Below are positions 61,950-64,000 of a stretch of 64,000 nucleotides of DNA, one piece after another (the stretch's first letter is position 1; each line of letters opens with the position of its first letter). The translations under genes and the position numbers were made by a program. The notes below the pieces were generated by a model. It was not told the origin of the DNA. It saw only the letters and a list, made by a program, of their open reading frames with translations, and did not search any database. Source of the DNA: Vicugna vicugna (lineage: Eukaryota); contig MU058478.1 of assembly GCA_013265495.1 (NCBI GenBank), positions 249,816 through 313,815 on the forward strand. The letters are read 5' to 3'.

Positions 61950-62575
61950 TCACAAAGATTTGAGGCTAAAAAACAAGTGATCAGAGCAAGAAGCTTTTAT
62001 ACCTTTGAGACAAAAGAACAGTACATTTGTGAAGACTTGACAAGACAAAAGGATTGGACTAAAAGTAGTAAATGGTGGAGACAAAGTTTGTTTGCACAGC
62101 CCTCTTGGCCCTAAAATCCCTGTTTCTGGAGGTAAGGACGCCTCCAGCCTCCTAGTACAGAGAGGGTACCTTTCACATGGGAGATTTATTCCCTGCTCTC
62201 AGAAGGACAAAGGACGGTCAAGCACCTTTAATTCAAAATAATCACTATGCCAAATTGGAGTGTTTTATTTTTTATTTTTAATAGCCTTTATTTTTTAGAG
62301 CAGTTTCAGGTTCACAGCAGAATTGAGCAGAAAATACAGAATTCGCACGTAGCCCTCCCCACCCACACATACATCCTCCCCGACCCTCAACATCCCTCGT
62401 CAGTGTGGCATCTTTGGTACCATTGATGAACCACCATGGACACATTATTATCAACCAAAGTCCATACTTTACATGAGGGCTCACTCTTGATGTGCATTCC
62501 ACGGGCTTTGAGAAACGCATAATGACACGGAGCAAAGTGGCGTGATTTGGGGTGACATGTTCTGAACTCTCACAC
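61950..62575 (-). mobile_element. ERV1-class LTR interrupted by an L1 3' end
   Basis: CCTTTAATTCAAAATAATCACTATGCCAAA is followed by the insertion and then GTGGCGTGATTTGGGGTGACATGTTCTGAACTCTCACA. Confidence 0.6.
62267..62532 (-). mobile_element. L1MC-like 3' end
   Basis: TTTTTAGAGCAGTTTCAGGTTCACAGCAGAATTGAGCAGAAAATACAGA, with a degenerate TSD CAAATTGGAGTGTTTT / CAAAGTGGCGTGATTT (13/16). Confidence 0.85.
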
Positions 62576-63867
62576 TTTAAATATTTACATACCACTATGT
62601 ATTAGAAATTAGAATTTTATCACTGTTGCTAAAAAGAAACCCTTCTCGGGGGAGAAGGAACCAGTTCTCAACTCAGTATAAGATGATTTTTCTGATCATC
62701 TCTCTGCGAAGACAGCCCAGCCTCAACGAGGACAGAGGTCCCCATGAAGGTAAACCTAAAGCAAAAACAATGATAATTGTAACAGCAGTGACTTCCTTCC
62801 CCGTCTGTCGCACACACGAACCAGGTTTATGCTGGTGCTGGAGATGAGCTGAGCATTTGGCCCAAAAGATGAACTTGCTGCCCGTGGATGGGTGTCTGCG
62901 AATCTGATTCTTACGGAACTGGATTCTGTGTCTTAATATTGTCAGCTGTTGGGAAGATGAAGCCACCTGAGAGATGCCCTCAGACAGCAGGTTTGGTGAA
63001 GTCAGTGTGGTCCATGTCGGCAGAGGACAATCTGCTTCCACAACACACATCTCAAGCAACAAGTCACTTGGAAATGTGTGTATTTATAGACCCACCTTAT
63101 TTGTCACAAGTAATTGTCATAACCTGGAAACCAATACATAAATAAAAACATCTACCAAAATAGGATTTTTTTTTCATGGTGTACCTCTTTTCCCAGCTCT
63201 GATTATAGTCGGAATGCATTGCTTTTAAGCGATGGATCGCCTCATTCTTTTTCACGTTTGTCGGAGAAGTGAATTTTGCGCTCTTGGCGGGAAAGTACAG
63301 AAAGTACAGAAGTTGTTGTCCAAAACTCAGACAGTGTCGGGCATCAGCTGCAATTCCAGTTCCACAATGATCGTTTAATAAGCTGTGAAGCACCAATGGG
63401 TACCCCACCCGGTAATTTCTGTGTCAGCGCAGATGGTGGGGAAATTCTGCCACGTGTACTTATAGGATTCAAAACTCAGCGTGTGTTTTGAGAGCTCTCA
63501 TTTATGATGGTTGAGTGCACGCATATCTCACACATTTAAAAATATTTGAAGCCCCATTAACACCTCGCTAACTGGACCTGCATCTTTCAGACAAATAAGT
63601 AAGAGACGGAGTGCTTCTCATGACTACGTCCCCTGAAGGTCCTGCCTCTCATGGTGTTTGTCTTTGTGAGTGAGCATTAAAAGCACCCCATGTACTTTCA
63701 AGAGACCAGCTCCAGGTTCATTTTCTTGTCCTGTGGACAAGACTGAAGGATATAATATTTGAAAGATTTTTTTTTTAATTTGAATTATAGCCCGAGTGTT
63801 GTCTTAGGTAATAGACATGGTTATAGCTGGTGAATACCATAGGGTCAAATTCTGATTCAAAATTTAA

Positions 63868-64000
63868 ATTTTCAGTTTGCTAGCACTGTTGTCATAAATT
63901 ACCCCAGCAGACACTTCCGTCTCCAAGTTCTGGAGACTAGAAGCCCGAGACTGAGGTGTTTGTAAGGCTGGTTTCTTCCGACGCCTCATTCCTCGGCTTG
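63868..64000 (-). mobile_element. MLT1-like LTR (runs off the window)
   Basis: AGTTCTGGAGACTAGAAGCCCGAGACTGAGGTGTT...GGCTGGTTTCTTCCGA. Confidence 0.65.

Noticed and set aside
63287..63295. E2F motif GGCGGGAAA
   Set aside because: A single short motif with no CpG island or promoter context.

Overview
This is mammalian non-coding DNA, very probably from a camelid. The evidence is four tRNA-derived SINEs resembling camelid Vic-1 and several young artiodactyl-type L1 3' ends. I found no credible host protein-coding exon, RNA gene, CRISPR array or prokaryote-type system. The listed ORFs are chance ORFs, repeat-derived, or artefacts of a 545-nt N gap (24136-24680). The window is a layered mosaic of L1, SINE, MIR, L2, MaLR and ERV LTR relics separated by repeat-poor blocks. 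The most structured element is a degenerate ~7 kb minus-strand ERV1-class provirus (51771-58792). It has two diverged LTRs, a tRNA-Leu primer-binding site, a polypurine tract, a gag matrix-like remnant, no recognisable pol, and a pseudogenised env transmembrane subunit with a recognisable immunosuppressive domain. A younger MER41-like solo LTR with a perfect 4-bp TSD is nested inside it. All repeat family names are recognised from memory of consensus sequences and need RepeatMasker/Dfam confirmation. I found no evidence for a genuinely new biological system.
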